Numbered from the stretch's first letter, positions 47,644 to 58,855 are shown. The stretch is 59,335 bases of DNA from Hymenobacteraceae bacterium (GCA_033838975.1 JAJLKL010000261.1:1-59335); one strand, 5' to 3'. Notes: generated by a model from the letters alone, not told the origin. A program made the numbers and translations.

Positions 47644-47761
47644 GCCTCTTCTTGGTCTGAAGGCATTTTAAGTAGGGATATATCATATTTTAGTAAATTG
47701 CCGTAGTTGCAGCTACGCAACAGCGTTAACAGAGGTATCTATCATCAACAAACCATAAAAC

Positions 47762-48523
47762 ATGAGAAAACGAATCGTTGCAGGAAACTGGAAAATGAAC
47801 AAGACTTATGAGGAGGCGCTCTCCCTGGTGTCGGAGATCGACAACATGGTGAAGGACGAGGTAAACGGCGATGTGACCGTGATCATTGCTCCTCCCTTTC
47901 CGTTCCTGCAGAGCGTGGGCAAGCTAACGCAGGGCAATGACCTGATGCACCTGGCCGCCCAGAACGTGAGCGAGCACGACAGCGGAGCCTTCACAGGCGA
48001 GGTGTCGGCAGCCATGCTTAAATCAGTGGGTACAGAGTACGTGATCATCGGGCACAGCGAGCGCCGTTTATACCACCACGAGGACAGCCAAATCCTTTAC
48101 AAGAAGCTAAAGGCTGCCATTGCGCAGGGCCTGAAACCGATCTTTTGCTGCGGAGAGCCGCTGGAGGAGCGTGATGCAGACCGTCACTTTGAGTATGTGG
48201 GCAAGCAGCTGAAAGACAGCATCTCTTACCTTAGCAACGAGGAGTTTGACCAGGTGGTAATCGCCTATGAGCCGATCTGGGCGATTGGTACCGGGCGTAC
48301 AGCCAGTTCGCAGCAGGCACAGGAGATGCACGAGTATATCCGGGAGCAGCTGTCGCGCATGTTCGATGCCGAGGCGGCGCACAATACCAGTATCCTGTAC
48401 GGCGGTAGCTGCAACCCGGGCAATGCCCAGGAACTCTTCGCGCAGAAAGACGTGGATGGTGGCTTGATCGGGGGAGCTTCATTGAAATCGCGCGACTTCA
48501 CAGACATCATCAAATCTTTCTAG
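47762..48523 (+). CDS. tpiA: Triosephosphate isomerase
   Basis: AGNWKMN, GHSERR, AYEPIWAIGTG, YGGS, GGASL motifs. Confidence 0.98.
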   Translation: MRKRIVAGNWKMNKTYEEALSLVSEIDNMVKDEVNGDVTVIIAPPFPFLQSVGKLTQGNDLMHLAAQNVSEHDSGAFTGEVSAAMLKSVGTEYVIIGHSERRLYHHEDSQILYKKLKAAIAQGLKPIFCCGEPLEERDADRHFEYVGKQLKDSISYLSNEEFDQVVIAYEPIWAIGTGRTASSQQAQEMHEYIREQLSRMFDAEAAHNTSILYGGSCNPGNAQELFAQKDVDGGLIGGASLKSRDFTDIIKSF

Positions 48524-48547
48524 CCAGAATAGAAAATAAGTACAGGA

Positions 48548-48584
48548 GGGCCGCTGATCATGGATCGGCGGCCTTTTCTTTTTT
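48548..48584 (+). terminator. Intrinsic terminator
   Basis: GGGCCGCTGATC-loop-GATCGGCGGCC followed by a T-run. Confidence 0.8.
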
Positions 48585-48696
48585 GCCCGTTTTACCAGAA
48601 GCATAGGCCCGGCACGACATATATTTAATTTTATGGCAATCTTTCATGCCCATTTTTGTTAAGGTTATAACTATCTTTGATGAAAAATTTATATTT

Positions 48697-49071
48697 ATGA
48701 ATATATTGTTCACGCTATGGCTGGCGCTAAGCCCTTTTCTGCTGCCGTCAGAGACTGTGCCTGCCTCCGGATCAGAGACAAGAGCAGGCCGTGATTTTTG
48801 CGCGATTTATGGTTCGGTGTACCTGGAGCGCGACCCAAAGTATAGAAATACAGCTTCTTACACTGTTTTTTTAGAGGAGGAAGAAGCCTTTGCCAATATG
48901 GTGGTGTACCGTGAGAACAATAAACTGTTTGCCGATGGCACCGCTATTTGGTATATTACACCTAACAAGGCGTTTGCCGACCATGTGCTGTACGTGACGG
49001 ATAACCGCAATTTTGCAGACTTTAGTGTGCACTTTACAGATGCGCGCTCGTTTGCCACTTGCCGCGAATAA
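48697..49071 (+). CDS. Secreted hypothetical protein (DUF6150-like, F-A-D repeats)
   Basis: Signal-like N-terminus; repeated xFA[DN]xxV[YF] units; -7 box TATCTTTG at 48672-48679. Confidence 0.7.
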   Translation: MNILFTLWLALSPFLLPSETVPASGSETRAGRDFCAIYGSVYLERDPKYRNTASYTVFLEEEEAFANMVVYRENNKLFADGTAIWYITPNKAFADHVLYVTDNRNFADFSVHFTDARSFATCRE

Positions 49072-49078
49072 TACAATT

Positions 49079-49909
49079 ATGGATTTTATAGAAGTAAATT
49101 TAAAAGTAAACGCAGATTTCGCGGACATACTTACAGCCGAGCTGGGAGAGCTGGGCTTTGATGCTTTTGTGGAAACAGAAGATGGCTTTAGCGCTTATAT
49201 CTCGGAAGGAATCTTCTCGGAGGAGGCCCTGAAAGAGACACTTGAGCGTTACGCTGACTTTGTACAGGTAACGTACAGCACGCAGAAGATAGCGCGTCAG
49301 AACTGGAACGAGGAGTGGGAGCGCAACTTTGAGCCGCTGTATATCGGGGAGCAGGTGTCCGTGCGTGCCTCTTTTCATGAGAAGCCGGAAAAGGCGCGGT
49401 ATGACATCGTGATCAACCCTAAAATGTCCTTCGGTACGGGGCACCACGAGACCACCACGCTAATGATCGAAAACCAGCTGACGCTGGACCACCAGAACAA
49501 GCGGGTGCTGGACATGGGCTGCGGAACAGGTATACTGGCCATCATGGCCGGTGAACTTGGCGCCTCGGAAATCGTAGCTGTAGAGATTGAGGACTGGACG
49601 GTGGAGAACGCCCGCGAGAACGCCGCCCTAAACAATTATCCAGCTATAGATGTGCGATTGGGCGGCGCCGAGACAATCGAGGGAGAAAAACCCTTCGATA
49701 TTATACTAGCCAACATCAACAGAAACGTTTTACTGGAAGACATGCCTGCCTACAAGGCCGTGCTGAAGCCGGAGGGGTGGTTGTTGCTGAGCGGATTTTA
49801 TACGGAGGATCTTCCGATGCTGCAGGAGCGCGCAAGCGAGCTGGGGCTGACTTACATTTCGCACCGAGTCAAGAACAACTGGGTGTCAGCTATTTTCAAA
49901 GGACACTAA
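49079..49909 (+). CDS. prmA: Ribosomal protein L11 methyltransferase
   Basis: NWNEEW, PKMSFGTGHHETT, VLDMGCGTGILAI, ANI, LSGF motifs; start set at MDFIEV. Confidence 0.95.
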   Translation: MDFIEVNLKVNADFADILTAELGELGFDAFVETEDGFSAYISEGIFSEEALKETLERYADFVQVTYSTQKIARQNWNEEWERNFEPLYIGEQVSVRASFHEKPEKARYDIVINPKMSFGTGHHETTTLMIENQLTLDHQNKRVLDMGCGTGILAIMAGELGASEIVAVEIEDWTVENARENAALNNYPAIDVRLGGAETIEGEKPFDIILANINRNVLLEDMPAYKAVLKPEGWLLLSGFYTEDLPMLQERASELGLTYISHRVKNNWVSAIFKGH

Positions 49910-49919
49910 CCAACGCCAT

Positions 49920-52900
49920 ATGAAACAACTTTTACCCTTAATCCTGTTTTTAACAGTTCTGACGGCGCAGGCTCAGACAAGGCTTTCTGACAAACCTGCT
50001 GATTTTGTGACGGATGTGAAGGCGATGCTGTTGGCGGGTAAAGTTGAGAATGCCGAAAAGCTTTCCGCTGACCTGGAAGAAATCTGGAGCAGCGGAAAGC
50101 TCACTTCCAGGCAGCAAAACGAGATCATAGACATTAGCCAGCGCATGTACCGCAAGCGCATGCGCACCAACCCGCACTTTGCCCAGTTCTACACCATGGT
50201 AACAGCGGGCGTAAACAACCAAAACCTGCGCGGCAATGCCCTGGACAACATGCTGGAGGTTACCTCCAAAGCTGTGCAGCAGGAGGATGCCAAGAGATTG
50301 GAACAGTACCTGCACACCGCCAGCCTTTTCCTGGCTACTAACCGCCTCTACCAGAACTCTTACTACAGTCTTCGGAATGCAGGCGGCAGCTTTAGCTTTG
50401 CCTACGAGGGCGCTACCAAAGCCTCTGATGAGCCGGCAGCTGAGGGAAGCGGCTGGGACACTTCCTGGGATGATGAGGTAAACGAGCAGGGAGAACTGAT
50501 AGAAGAGGACGATGGCTGGGGCACCATCACCACGCCCAAAAAAGAGGACAAGAAGAGAGCGGAGAAAAACAGAAAAGAGAGCCTCAGGAAACAGTTTATA
50601 CCGGACCAACCCAAAGTATCGGGACCAGTGCTGAAGCTGGAGAACGCCCGGCTGGTTTTCGTCACACCCTGGGACTCTACTTCTATAGACGACACCAATG
50701 GACGGCTGATGCTGACCAACAACCAGTTTGTGGGCGAGGGCGGCCGGTTCAGCTGGGAGGCCGGAGGGGCTCCTGCCTCAGCTGAAATCCGCAAGTATAG
50801 CTTTAACACCTCATTTGCCGGTTTCAAGGCACCCGACGTAACTGTTACCTACAACTCTGTGCTGGCGGCCCCGGTAGACGGGGCGCTGGAGTGGATGAGC
50901 AGCAAGCGCAAGTCCAGTGTGTACCCTTACCCCAAGTTCTTTTCCTTCACCAATGATGCCCAGATAAAGTCTCTGGGTAGTAATATTGCCTATAAAGGAG
51001 GCTTCTCGCTGGTGGGAGATGTAGTAGGCAGTAAACCGCTGGACAACAGTTGGTCCGAAATAGTAGTGATGCACAACGGTGAGAGGAAATTCCGCTCCAC
51101 GGCCCGCAATTATATCCTTACGGACTCTGTGATTCATGCCAACCGTGCCGCTGTGGCCATATATCAGCAAAAGGACTCGCTGACGCACCCGGCTATGCAG
51201 CTGCGCTATGCCAAACCAACGCAGGAGCTCACGCTCACCAAAGATAAAGGTCCTTATGCCACCACGCCTTTCTTTGATACCTATCATAAGCTTGAGATAA
51301 CCTCGGAGCGCCTGCACTGGAACCTGAACCAGCCGGAGGTAAACTTCTCCATCCTCAACACCAAAACACTTATACCTGTGCAGCTGGAGTCCACAGACTA
51401 TTACTCCAACAACCGCTACCAGCAAATGGTGGGCATCGCCCAATTTCATCCGTTGCAGGTTTTGATAGGGCATGCGGCCAAGGTGAAGAGCAACGAGTTC
51501 TATGCCGGTGAGGTGAGCAGGTCCACAAAGATCAGTGAAAACGCGATCAAAGAAGCAGCGGCTAACTTGTCACGAGACGGGTACCTGGATTTTGAGTCGC
51601 AGAGCGGTTACATCTCGCTCAAGCCAAAGGCCTGGCACTACGTGAGAGCCTCCCGCAAGCTCAGTGATTACGACCACTTGGTGATAAAGTCAGTGGTGCC
51701 GTCAGGGCGGAATGCTACCCTCAACCTGGAGAACAATAAGCTGACGGTAAGAGGGGTGGATAAGATCACGTTCAACAACGATACTGCCAGCGTGTACATC
51801 CTTCCGCGCAGAAGCCAGATCCACATTCTGAACAACCGCGACATTGAGTTTGACGGGCAGGTATACGCCAGCCGCCTCGCCTTTAAGGGCACTGAGTTTA
51901 AGTTTAACTACGATGAGTTCTCAATCGACCTGGTGAAACTGGACACTATCGCCTTGGTTTCTAAAAAGCGCCGCGCCACGCGGGGCGAAGCCTCGGATCA
52001 GGTGCTGACCGGGAAAGGCGGTGGCATGTCCGGTAAGCTGTACATCAACAAGCCGAACAACAAGTCGGGTAAAGACTTTTTCCCGGACTACCCCAAGTTT
52101 GACGCCCCTATGGGGGCCATGGTGGCCTTTAACAGGCCGGATGTGCTGGGCGGGGCCTACGACAGCACAGTGTACTTCGAGATGCCGCCTTTTAAAATGG
52201 ACAGCTTAAGCGCAGGAAAAAATGCCATTGCTTTTGACGGTACCTTCAACTCGGGCGGTATTTTCCCGCCGATCAAGACAAAGCTGCAGATGATGCCAGA
52301 CGAGACACTGGGTTTCTACTATGAGCCTTCTGCGCAGGGGCTGCCTGCTTTTGGAGGCAAGGGCATCGCCTATGACACCATCATGATGAGCTCCAAAGGC
52401 ATTCAGAGCAAAGGCAAGCTCACGTACCTCTCCGCCACGCTGCAGGCCCCTGTCTATACCTATTACCAGAATGCGGTTACCACCCAGCAAGGAGCCTCAG
52501 TAACAATAGCCGAAGGCACCCTTGGCGGCACTGCCTACCCTGTTGCCACCCTGCAGGGCTTTAACATGAACTGGCTGCCGAAAGCCGACACCATGTACAT
52601 TCAGACGCAGAAGGAGCCTATGAAGCTCTTCAAGGAGGAGTTTGCCTTTAAGGGAGTGGCCAAGCTGTCGCCGGGTGGCTTGTACGGCAGCGGCGTAGTT
52701 GACAACCCAGTGGCTAACGTGACGGCGCCGGAGCTGCACTTTAAGCAGAGGGGCTTTAGCGGAAACCATGCCACCATGATCGCCAAGTCGGATGTGCAGG
52801 GCAGGCCAGCCATCAGGGCACAGGACATGGCCTTTAACTACGACCTGACAGAGGGCTTTGTGGACTTTGCCAGCGAGCAGAAAGGCGTGGCAAGTATAGA

Positions 52901-54707
52901 GTTCCCGAAAGCGCAGTACAAGACATCCATGAGCAGTGCCCGCTGGGACATTAACACGCAGCGGGTTAACCTGAAGGCTGATGAAGGAAAGAACTGGTTC
53001 TACTCGCAGCACCCGGGGCAGGACAGCCTGCGCTTTATGGCCGCCAGCGGAGAGTATGACCTGAAGAAAAATACCCTGCTTGCCGGTGGGGTGCCGCACA
53101 TTGCGGTGGCTGATGTATACGTGGTGCCGGACAGCGGCAAGGTAGCAGTGGCCGCAGATGCCACCATACAAACCCTGCGCAACGCCCGCGTTTTGGCCGA
53201 CTCTGTTGAGCAGTTCCACAGGCTGTATGCCGGTAACATCGATGTGCTGTCGCGGATGGCGTTCCGGGGGAATGCTTTACGCGATTACGCCAACGCAGCC
53301 TCCGACTCTTTCCAGCTGCAGTTCGCCGACTTTGTGTACGGAAATCCGCAGCAGAAGAAAAAGCCGGTTTACACCTTCGCCACGGCCAATGTTGAGGAGG
53401 GCAAGCCGTTCTACATCTTCCCGCGCATTATGTACCGCGGCAAAGTGCTGATGCATGCCAACAAGCAGTACATGGACTTTGACGGGGACCTGAAGCTGAA
53501 CTTCACGGGTAACCCGGAAGACTCCGACTGGTTCCCCTATAAGAAAGACACCCTGAACCCAGACAACGTCCGCATCCCGATCCTGAAACCAAAGGCTGCT
53601 GACGGTACCCCGCTGCATACGGGGCTGCATATGTCCCGAGGCACCGCCAAGCTCTACAACACCTTTGTGTCGAAGAAGCAGGATGAGGAGGACCTGGACC
53701 TGTTCACAGTAGATGGTCTGCTGTCTTACAACAAGGAGCGCAACGAGTTCAAGATTGGGCGGGAAAAACGGGCCTACGCAGACTCCTATGAGGGCAACGT
53801 GCTGCTCTATAACGAAGCCTCCAACACGATTCACTTCGAGGGCAAGCTGAACCTGCTAAAGCCGATGAAGGACTTTAAGGTGGAGGCCTCTGGAAATGGG
53901 GATGCAAACGTAGACAGTAGCCGCTACAACCTGGATGCCTTCCTGGTGTTTGACCTGAAAGTGCCGAGCCAGGTCCTGGGTTCCATGGCAGAGAACCTGA
54001 GAGGCAACGCGGCAGGGGCAGCAGAAGCGTTAGACGGCAGTGACGCCATGCTCTATAAGCTTGGAGAGTTCATAGGAGATGGCGGAGCCCGAAAATATGC
54101 CGAACAAAGCAGTATGCAGTATGTGCCGCTGCCAAAAGTGTCCCGCAGCCTGGTGCGTAGCCTGATCCTCAACAAGGTGAACCTGCGCTGGTCAAACGAC
54201 CATAAGGCATGGTACAGTGTGGGCAAGATCAGCCTGGCCAGTATCATGAAGGATGACGTGAACACGCAGCTGGACGGCTACCTGGAGATGCGCCAGGACA
54301 TGAACGGGGAACCGGCGGTTAACCTGTACCTGCAGGCAGATGCTTATACCTGGTACTACTTCAGCTTTTTTGAGAACGGGCTTACCCTAGCCTCGTCGGA
54401 TGATAAGTTTAACAAGACTGTCCGCTCTAAAGCCAGGAGAGGGCGCGGCTCAACCTCCAGCTATGGCATCTACGCCGGAGAGCCAATTGAGAAGAACGAG
54501 TTCCTGGATTACTTCCGCACAAATTACCTGAACGGGAAGGACGGTTTCAAAGTAGCCACGGAACAGCCGGTGATTGATGATGCGGCCGGTGACTTTGACT
54601 TCGCAGAGGAGGAGCCTAAAAAGGACAGAAAGAAGAAAAAGAAGAAAGGAAAAGAAGATCCTTTCGGAGTGGACACAGAGGGTGGCACAAATAACCAGGA
54701 ACTATAG
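49920..54707 (+). CDS. Large exported beta-rich hypothetical protein (1595 aa)
   Basis: Signal peptide ending AQAQ; long uninterrupted ORF; no recognisable catalytic motif. Confidence 0.85.
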   Translation: MKQLLPLILFLTVLTAQAQTRLSDKPADFVTDVKAMLLAGKVENAEKLSADLEEIWSSGKLTSRQQNEIIDISQRMYRKRMRTNPHFAQFYTMVTAGVNNQNLRGNALDNMLEVTSKAVQQEDAKRLEQYLHTASLFLATNRLYQNSYYSLRNAGGSFSFAYEGATKASDEPAAEGSGWDTSWDDEVNEQGELIEEDDGWGTITTPKKEDKKRAEKNRKESLRKQFIPDQPKVSGPVLKLENARLVFVTPWDSTSIDDTNGRLMLTNNQFVGEGGRFSWEAGGAPASAEIRKYSFNTSFAGFKAPDVTVTYNSVLAAPVDGALEWMSSKRKSSVYPYPKFFSFTNDAQIKSLGSNIAYKGGFSLVGDVVGSKPLDNSWSEIVVMHNGERKFRSTARNYILTDSVIHANRAAVAIYQQKDSLTHPAMQLRYAKPTQELTLTKDKGPYATTPFFDTYHKLEITSERLHWNLNQPEVNFSILNTKTLIPVQLESTDYYSNNRYQQMVGIAQFHPLQVLIGHAAKVKSNEFYAGEVSRSTKISENAIKEAAANLSRDGYLDFESQSGYISLKPKAWHYVRASRKLSDYDHLVIKSVVPSGRNATLNLENNKLTVRGVDKITFNNDTASVYILPRRSQIHILNNRDIEFDGQVYASRLAFKGTEFKFNYDEFSIDLVKLDTIALVSKKRRATRGEASDQVLTGKGGGMSGKLYINKPNNKSGKDFFPDYPKFDAPMGAMVAFNRPDVLGGAYDSTVYFEMPPFKMDSLSAGKNAIAFDGTFNSGGIFPPIKTKLQMMPDETLGFYYEPSAQGLPAFGGKGIAYDTIMMSSKGIQSKGKLTYLSATLQAPVYTYYQNAVTTQQGASVTIAEGTLGGTAYPVATLQGFNMNWLPKADTMYIQTQKEPMKLFKEEFAFKGVAKLSPGGLYGSGVVDNPVANVTAPELHFKQRGFSGNHATMIAKSDVQGRPAIRAQDMAFNYDLTEGFVDFASEQKGVASIEFPKAQYKTSMSSARWDINTQRVNLKADEGKNWFYSQHPGQDSLRFMAASGEYDLKKNTLLAGGVPHIAVADVYVVPDSGKVAVAADATIQTLRNARVLADSVEQFHRLYAGNIDVLSRMAFRGNALRDYANAASDSFQLQFADFVYGNPQQKKKPVYTFATANVEEGKPFYIFPRIMYRGKVLMHANKQYMDFDGDLKLNFTGNPEDSDWFPYKKDTLNPDNVRIPILKPKAADGTPLHTGLHMSRGTAKLYNTFVSKKQDEEDLDLFTVDGLLSYNKERNEFKIGREKRAYADSYEGNVLLYNEASNTIHFEGKLNLLKPMKDFKVEASGNGDANVDSSRYNLDAFLVFDLKVPSQVLGSMAENLRGNAAGAAEALDGSDAMLYKLGEFIGDGGARKYAEQSSMQYVPLPKVSRSLVRSLILNKVNLRWSNDHKAWYSVGKISLASIMKDDVNTQLDGYLEMRQDMNGEPAVNLYLQADAYTWYYFSFFENGLTLASSDDKFNKTVRSKARRGRGSTSSYGIYAGEPIEKNEFLDYFRTNYLNGKDGFKVATEQPVIDDAAGDFDFAEEEPKKDRKKKKKKGKEDPFGVDTEGGTNNQEL

Positions 54708-54864
54708 GCCTCCCGTATATAGTTCTAGGGAAGCTTGATTTTTGAGTTTAAATTAAGTTTTGTCTATATTTGGGCTTATTTCTGCTCTAATGTGGGTGCC
54801 TCCGGTTGCGCCTAAGATACAAGTGGGGAACGAGACAGGTCCTTTGTAAAAGACACGATTATTC

Positions 54865-55509
54865 ATGGAATTACTTTTTATCGCTATATTATTTGTAGCC
54901 GCTTACCTTATTGGCTCTATATCAACGGCTGTCTGGCTGGGCAAGGCATACTATGGCATCGATATCAGGAAGCATGGCAGCGGCAACTCCGGCGCGACCA
55001 ATACCTTCCGGGTGCTTGGCAAAAAGCCCGGAACGATCGTAATGCTGATCGATATTTTCAAGGGCTGGGCTGCTACCTCCCTGGCCGGGCTTCTGGTAAT
55101 TTACAATGTCATTGAGCCTGGTAACCTGATCGTCTTCCAGCTGATCATGGGGGCTTTGGCGGTGCTGGGGCACATCTTTCCGATCTATGAGCGATTTAAG
55201 GGCGGCAAAGGCGTAGCCACGCTGCTAGGTATGATGCTGGCGATACAGACAGAGGTGGCGCTGCTGTGCATGGTTGTGTTTTTGATCGTGCTGTTCACGT
55301 CGCGCTACGTTTCCCTGGGTTCTATCATCGCCGCCCTGGCCTTTCCAGTGCTGCTGCTCTTGCCGCGCTTTCACCCGGATAACCCGATCCTGATCATTTT
55401 TGGCTTTGTGCTGTTTGCCGTGGTGGTGCTAACGCACCGTAAGAACATCAACCGCCTGCTGGCAGGGGAAGAGAGCAAGGCGAACATTAAGCTGGGCCGT
55501 AGAAAGTAA
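54865..55509 (+). CDS. plsY: Glycerol-3-phosphate acyltransferase PlsY
   Basis: YLIGSI, GSGNSGATN..R, D..KG, GHIFP, FKGGKGVAT, H..NI.RL..G.E motifs. Confidence 0.96.
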   Translation: MELLFIAILFVAAYLIGSISTAVWLGKAYYGIDIRKHGSGNSGATNTFRVLGKKPGTIVMLIDIFKGWAATSLAGLLVIYNVIEPGNLIVFQLIMGALAVLGHIFPIYERFKGGKGVATLLGMMLAIQTEVALLCMVVFLIVLFTSRYVSLGSIIAALAFPVLLLLPRFHPDNPILIIFGFVLFAVVVLTHRKNINRLLAGEESKANIKLGRRK

Positions 55510-55540
55510 AGAGCCGCTATAACAACCCATAAAGCGTTTA

Positions 55541-55577
55541 AAAAGCCATCCTTTTCTGCAAGGGTGGCTTTTTTTTG
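55541..55577 (+). terminator. Intrinsic terminator
   Basis: AAAGCCATCCTT-loop-AAGGGTGGCTTT followed by a T-run. Confidence 0.8.
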
Positions 55578-55603
55578 TAACTTTAAGTCAAACAAAGTAT
55601 TCT

Positions 55604-56968
55604 ATGATGAACCAATATATCTCAGAAAACAAAGATCGTTTCCTGAACGAGCTGCTGGACATGCTGCGCATACCCTCTGTAAGTGCCGACCCTAAGTTTA
55701 AGCAGGATGTGATGCGTACTGCCGAGTTTGTGAAGCAGAAACTGGAAGAGGCTGGCGCGGATGTGGTAGAACTGTGCGAAACGGCCGGTAACCCGATCGT
55801 GTACGGCGAGAAGATGGTGGACCCAAGCCTTCCAACGGTGCTGGTGTATGGCCATTACGATGTGCAGCCGGCGGACCCGTATGAGCTGTGGAACTCTCCT
55901 CCCTTTGAGCCGGTGATCAAAGACGGCAAAATTTACGCGCGCGGCGCCTGCGACGACAAAGGGCAGATGTACATGCACGTGAAGGCCTTTGAGACAATGA
56001 TGCGCACCAACAGCCTGGCCTGCAACGTGAAGTTCATGATTGAAGGCGAGGAGGAGGTAGGCTCGGTTAACCTGGCCACCTTTGTGAGGGAGAATGTGGA
56101 AAAGCTGAAAGCCGACGTGATTCTGATCTCAGACACCGGCATGCTGGGCAATGATACACCTTCTATCACCACCGGCCTGCGCGGCCTGAGCTACATAGAA
56201 GTGGAGGTGACCGGACCAAACCGTGACCTGCACTCTGGCCTGTACGGAGGCGCCGTGGCCAATCCGATCAATATCCTGTGCGACATGGTCGCTTCTCTGC
56301 ACGATGAGCATAACCGCATCACAGTGCCGGGCTTCTATGACAATGTACAGGAGCTAAGCCAGGAGGAGCGCGCTGAGATGGCGCGTGCGCCATTTGACCT
56401 GGAGAAGTATAAGAAAGCGCTGGACCTGGGTGATGTGCACGGCGAGGCCGGCTACAGCACCATGGAGCGGAACTCCATCCGTCCGACACTGGACGTGAAC
56501 GGTATCTGGGGTGGCTACACGGGTGAGGGAGCCAAGACTGTGATCCCTTCTAAGGCCTTTGCCAAGATCTCCATGCGTCTAGTGCCGAATCAGTCTTCAG
56601 AAGAGATCACAGAGAAGTTTAAGAGGCATTTTGAGAGTATAGCTCCTAAGAGCGTGAAGGTAGTGGTGAAGCCGCACCACGGCGGGGAGCCAGTTGTAAC
56701 TCCTACAGATTCTGTAGCCTACCAGGCAGCAGCCAGGGCCTATGAAGAGACGTTTGGAGTAAAGCCGATTCCGGTGCGTAGCGGGGGCTCCATTCCGATT
56801 GTGGCCATGTTCAAGTCTGTGCTCGGGCTGGACTCCGTGCTGATGGGTTTCGGTTTGGACTCAGACGCCATTCACTCACCAAATGAGAACTTTGGTGTTT
56901 TCAACTTTATGAAGGGCATTGAAACCATCCCGTTGTTCTACAAGTATTTTGCAGAAATGAATAAGTAA
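55604..56968 (+). CDS. M20 family dipeptidase (ArgE/DapE/CNDP-like)
   Basis: [35 protein letters not shown] motifs. Confidence 0.93.
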   Translation: MMNQYISENKDRFLNELLDMLRIPSVSADPKFKQDVMRTAEFVKQKLEEAGADVVELCETAGNPIVYGEKMVDPSLPTVLVYGHYDVQPADPYELWNSPPFEPVIKDGKIYARGACDDKGQMYMHVKAFETMMRTNSLACNVKFMIEGEEEVGSVNLATFVRENVEKLKADVILISDTGMLGNDTPSITTGLRGLSYIEVEVTGPNRDLHSGLYGGAVANPINILCDMVASLHDEHNRITVPGFYDNVQELSQEERAEMARAPFDLEKYKKALDLGDVHGEAGYSTMERNSIRPTLDVNGIWGGYTGEGAKTVIPSKAFAKISMRLVPNQSSEEITEKFKRHFESIAPKSVKVVVKPHHGGEPVVTPTDSVAYQAAARAYEETFGVKPIPVRSGGSIPIVAMFKSVLGLDSVLMGFGLDSDAIHSPNENFGVFNFMKGIETIPLFYKYFAEMNK

Positions 56969-56995
56969 GTCTCTTTTACGAGAGCGTTGTACATA

Positions 56996-57027
56996 GGCCT
57001 GTCGGGTATACCCTGGCGGGCCTTTTT
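56996..57027. terminator. Terminator between convergent genes
   Basis: GGCCTGTCGGG-TATA-CCCTGGCGGGCC-TTTTT. Confidence 0.7.
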
Positions 57028-57029
57028 GT

Positions 57030-57692
57030 TTACATCATGTCTACTGGCCGCCGGGAGGGGCGCAGATAGCCAATGGAAAGCTGCCACATCAGGTTCTTCT
57101 GGTCAAAGGTCTTGGAAAAGGACCTGAGACCACCTGTGTTCCGGATACTCAGGTAAAAACCTGTCTCAAGCATGATGCCGAAGCCAAGGCTGTACCCGTA
57201 GTCAAACCGTTCAAAATCGTCTATGTTCAGCTCATAGGGGCCTAGAATAAGGGGATTGCTGCCGCTTCGGAAGGTGCTTATCCTGTCCACTTCGCTATCC
57301 TTGTTCAGGAGGTAAGCGCCATAGGGGCCTGCCTCCAGAAACAGCCCCCCCTGCTGTAGCCTGAGCATGAGCGGCAGTTCTATGTAGTGGAGCCTTACCT
57401 CCCCAGAGAGTGCCTCATTCTGGTCCAGGATGTACTCATCGTACACAAACCCTTTCTGGCTGTAGAGTAGCTCGGGCTGTATGGCCAGTACCGAGGGGAA
57501 GTCATAGCTGAAGACAAAACCTGCGTTCAGGCCTGCCAGGTAATTTGTCCTGCTGGAGGAGGCATCATCACCTTTAGCCCTGGAGAAGCCACCGCCTGCC
57601 TTGCCGCCAAACCGGTAGTATTGTGCCTGTGCCACAAGAACAGGGCAAAGGAGTAGTAGTGTGATCAGTGTTAAGCAAAGCGATTTTTTCAT
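57030..57692 (-). CDS. PorT-like outer membrane beta-barrel protein (tandem paralog 3)
   Basis: Signal peptide; IQPELLYSQKG, YIELPL, LEAGPY motifs. Confidence 0.85.
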   Translation of the reverse strand: MKKSLCLTLITLLLLCPVLVAQAQYYRFGGKAGGGFSRAKGDDASSSRTNYLAGLNAGFVFSYDFPSVLAIQPELLYSQKGFVYDEYILDQNEALSGEVRLHYIELPLMLRLQQGGLFLEAGPYGAYLLNKDSEVDRISTFRSGSNPLILGPYELNIDDFERFDYGYSLGFGIMLETGFYLSIRNTGGLRSFSKTFDQKNLMWQLSIGYLRPSRRPVDMM

Positions 57693-57844
57693 AGGTAAAG
57701 AGGTATAAGTATGGGAGCTGGGTTTGTGGACCTCTTACGTTTTACTAGGATGGGTGCTAAATTGTTGAAGAACAGTTGCAAGGGGTGTAAAAAAAGCCAG
57801 CCCCGCACAAGGCAAGGCCGGCTTTCTGGCAGATAGTCTTTTCG

Positions 57845-58510
57845 TTATCGCCCTGACGGGAAGGTAAACCCAAGCGTCACCATGAACACGGAATGGCGGG
57901 CATTGGTGAGGTCTCCCTCAAAATTTACATCCTCATCCACAAAGTCTGAGAAACTGCCATTGTAGCGCACGCCAAAGCTTAAGCCGTTTCTGGAGGCCAG
58001 GCCAATGCCCGCGACGTAGCCCAGTTCAAACTCAGACAGACCGGCTTTGCTGCCCTCATCGCGGGTGGTGGACTGAAGTTCATTGTTTCTGTAGATCTTC
58101 GTTTCGTTGTTCACGCGGAGCAGGTACGATGCCTGCGGGCCACCTTCAAAGTACAGCGGACCGGCTTTAATTCTGGCTAGCACCGGCAAATCCAGGTAGT
58201 TGTAGTTTACCTTTCCTTCGCGTCGAATGGTCTGGCCTAGCAGGTTTGTAAACTCCTCGTCGCTGTTCTTAAAGCCTTTCACGGAGTACAGGAGCTCTGG
58301 CTGGATGGAAAAGAAATCGCCCACCACACTAAAGTTAAGAATGGCACCTGCGTGAAACCCTACTTTGTTCTCAAAACGGTCTTCATCTTTGAGGTCTCCG
58401 GAGAGATTGGAAATATTGGCACCTCCTCTAATGCCAAATTTGGTCGTTTGTGCCTGGGCAAACGAGAAGGTGGTTAGTACAAGTGCAAGAATAAAAAATA
58501 GCTTCTTCAT
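57845..58510 (-). CDS. PorT-like outer membrane beta-barrel protein (tandem paralog 2)
   Basis: Signal peptide; FSIQPELLYSVKG, YLDLPVL, YFEGGPQ, GVRYNG motifs. Confidence 0.88.
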   Translation of the reverse strand: MKKLFFILALVLTTFSFAQAQTTKFGIRGGANISNLSGDLKDEDRFENKVGFHAGAILNFSVVGDFFSIQPELLYSVKGFKNSDEEFTNLLGQTIRREGKVNYNYLDLPVLARIKAGPLYFEGGPQASYLLRVNNETKIYRNNELQSTTRDEGSKAGLSEFELGYVAGIGLASRNGLSFGVRYNGSFSDFVDEDVNFEGDLTNARHSVFMVTLGFTFPSGR

Positions 58511-58826
58511 AATTGTAATCTGTTTGTTGTTGTGCTATCAACGTACCCTATACGCTTAATTGGATAGTTTTAGCCTAATATTTTCATGCGTCCACTATCA
58601 TTAGCTGTTTAAGGTGTTGATTTGCAGGTTGAAAAAAATAATAAAAATATACCTCTTTGTGCTGCCGCATGCATGCTTACAAATGCTCTGCAACAAGTGA
58701 GCCAAAATATTCAATGGCCCTATATAGAAAGTCAGAATATTTAGGAAGAGAGGTAGAAAAAGAGGTGAACAAACAGATATATTGGGTCTATAGGTTAAGT
58801 GGTGGAGGGTTGCCGCGAAGTTCTAT

Positions 58827-58855
58827 AAAAAAAGCCCGGCACTAAGCCGGGCTTT
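58827..58855 (-). terminator. Intrinsic terminator
   Basis: AAAAAAAGCCCGGC-ACTAA-GCCGGGCTTT. Confidence 0.85.
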
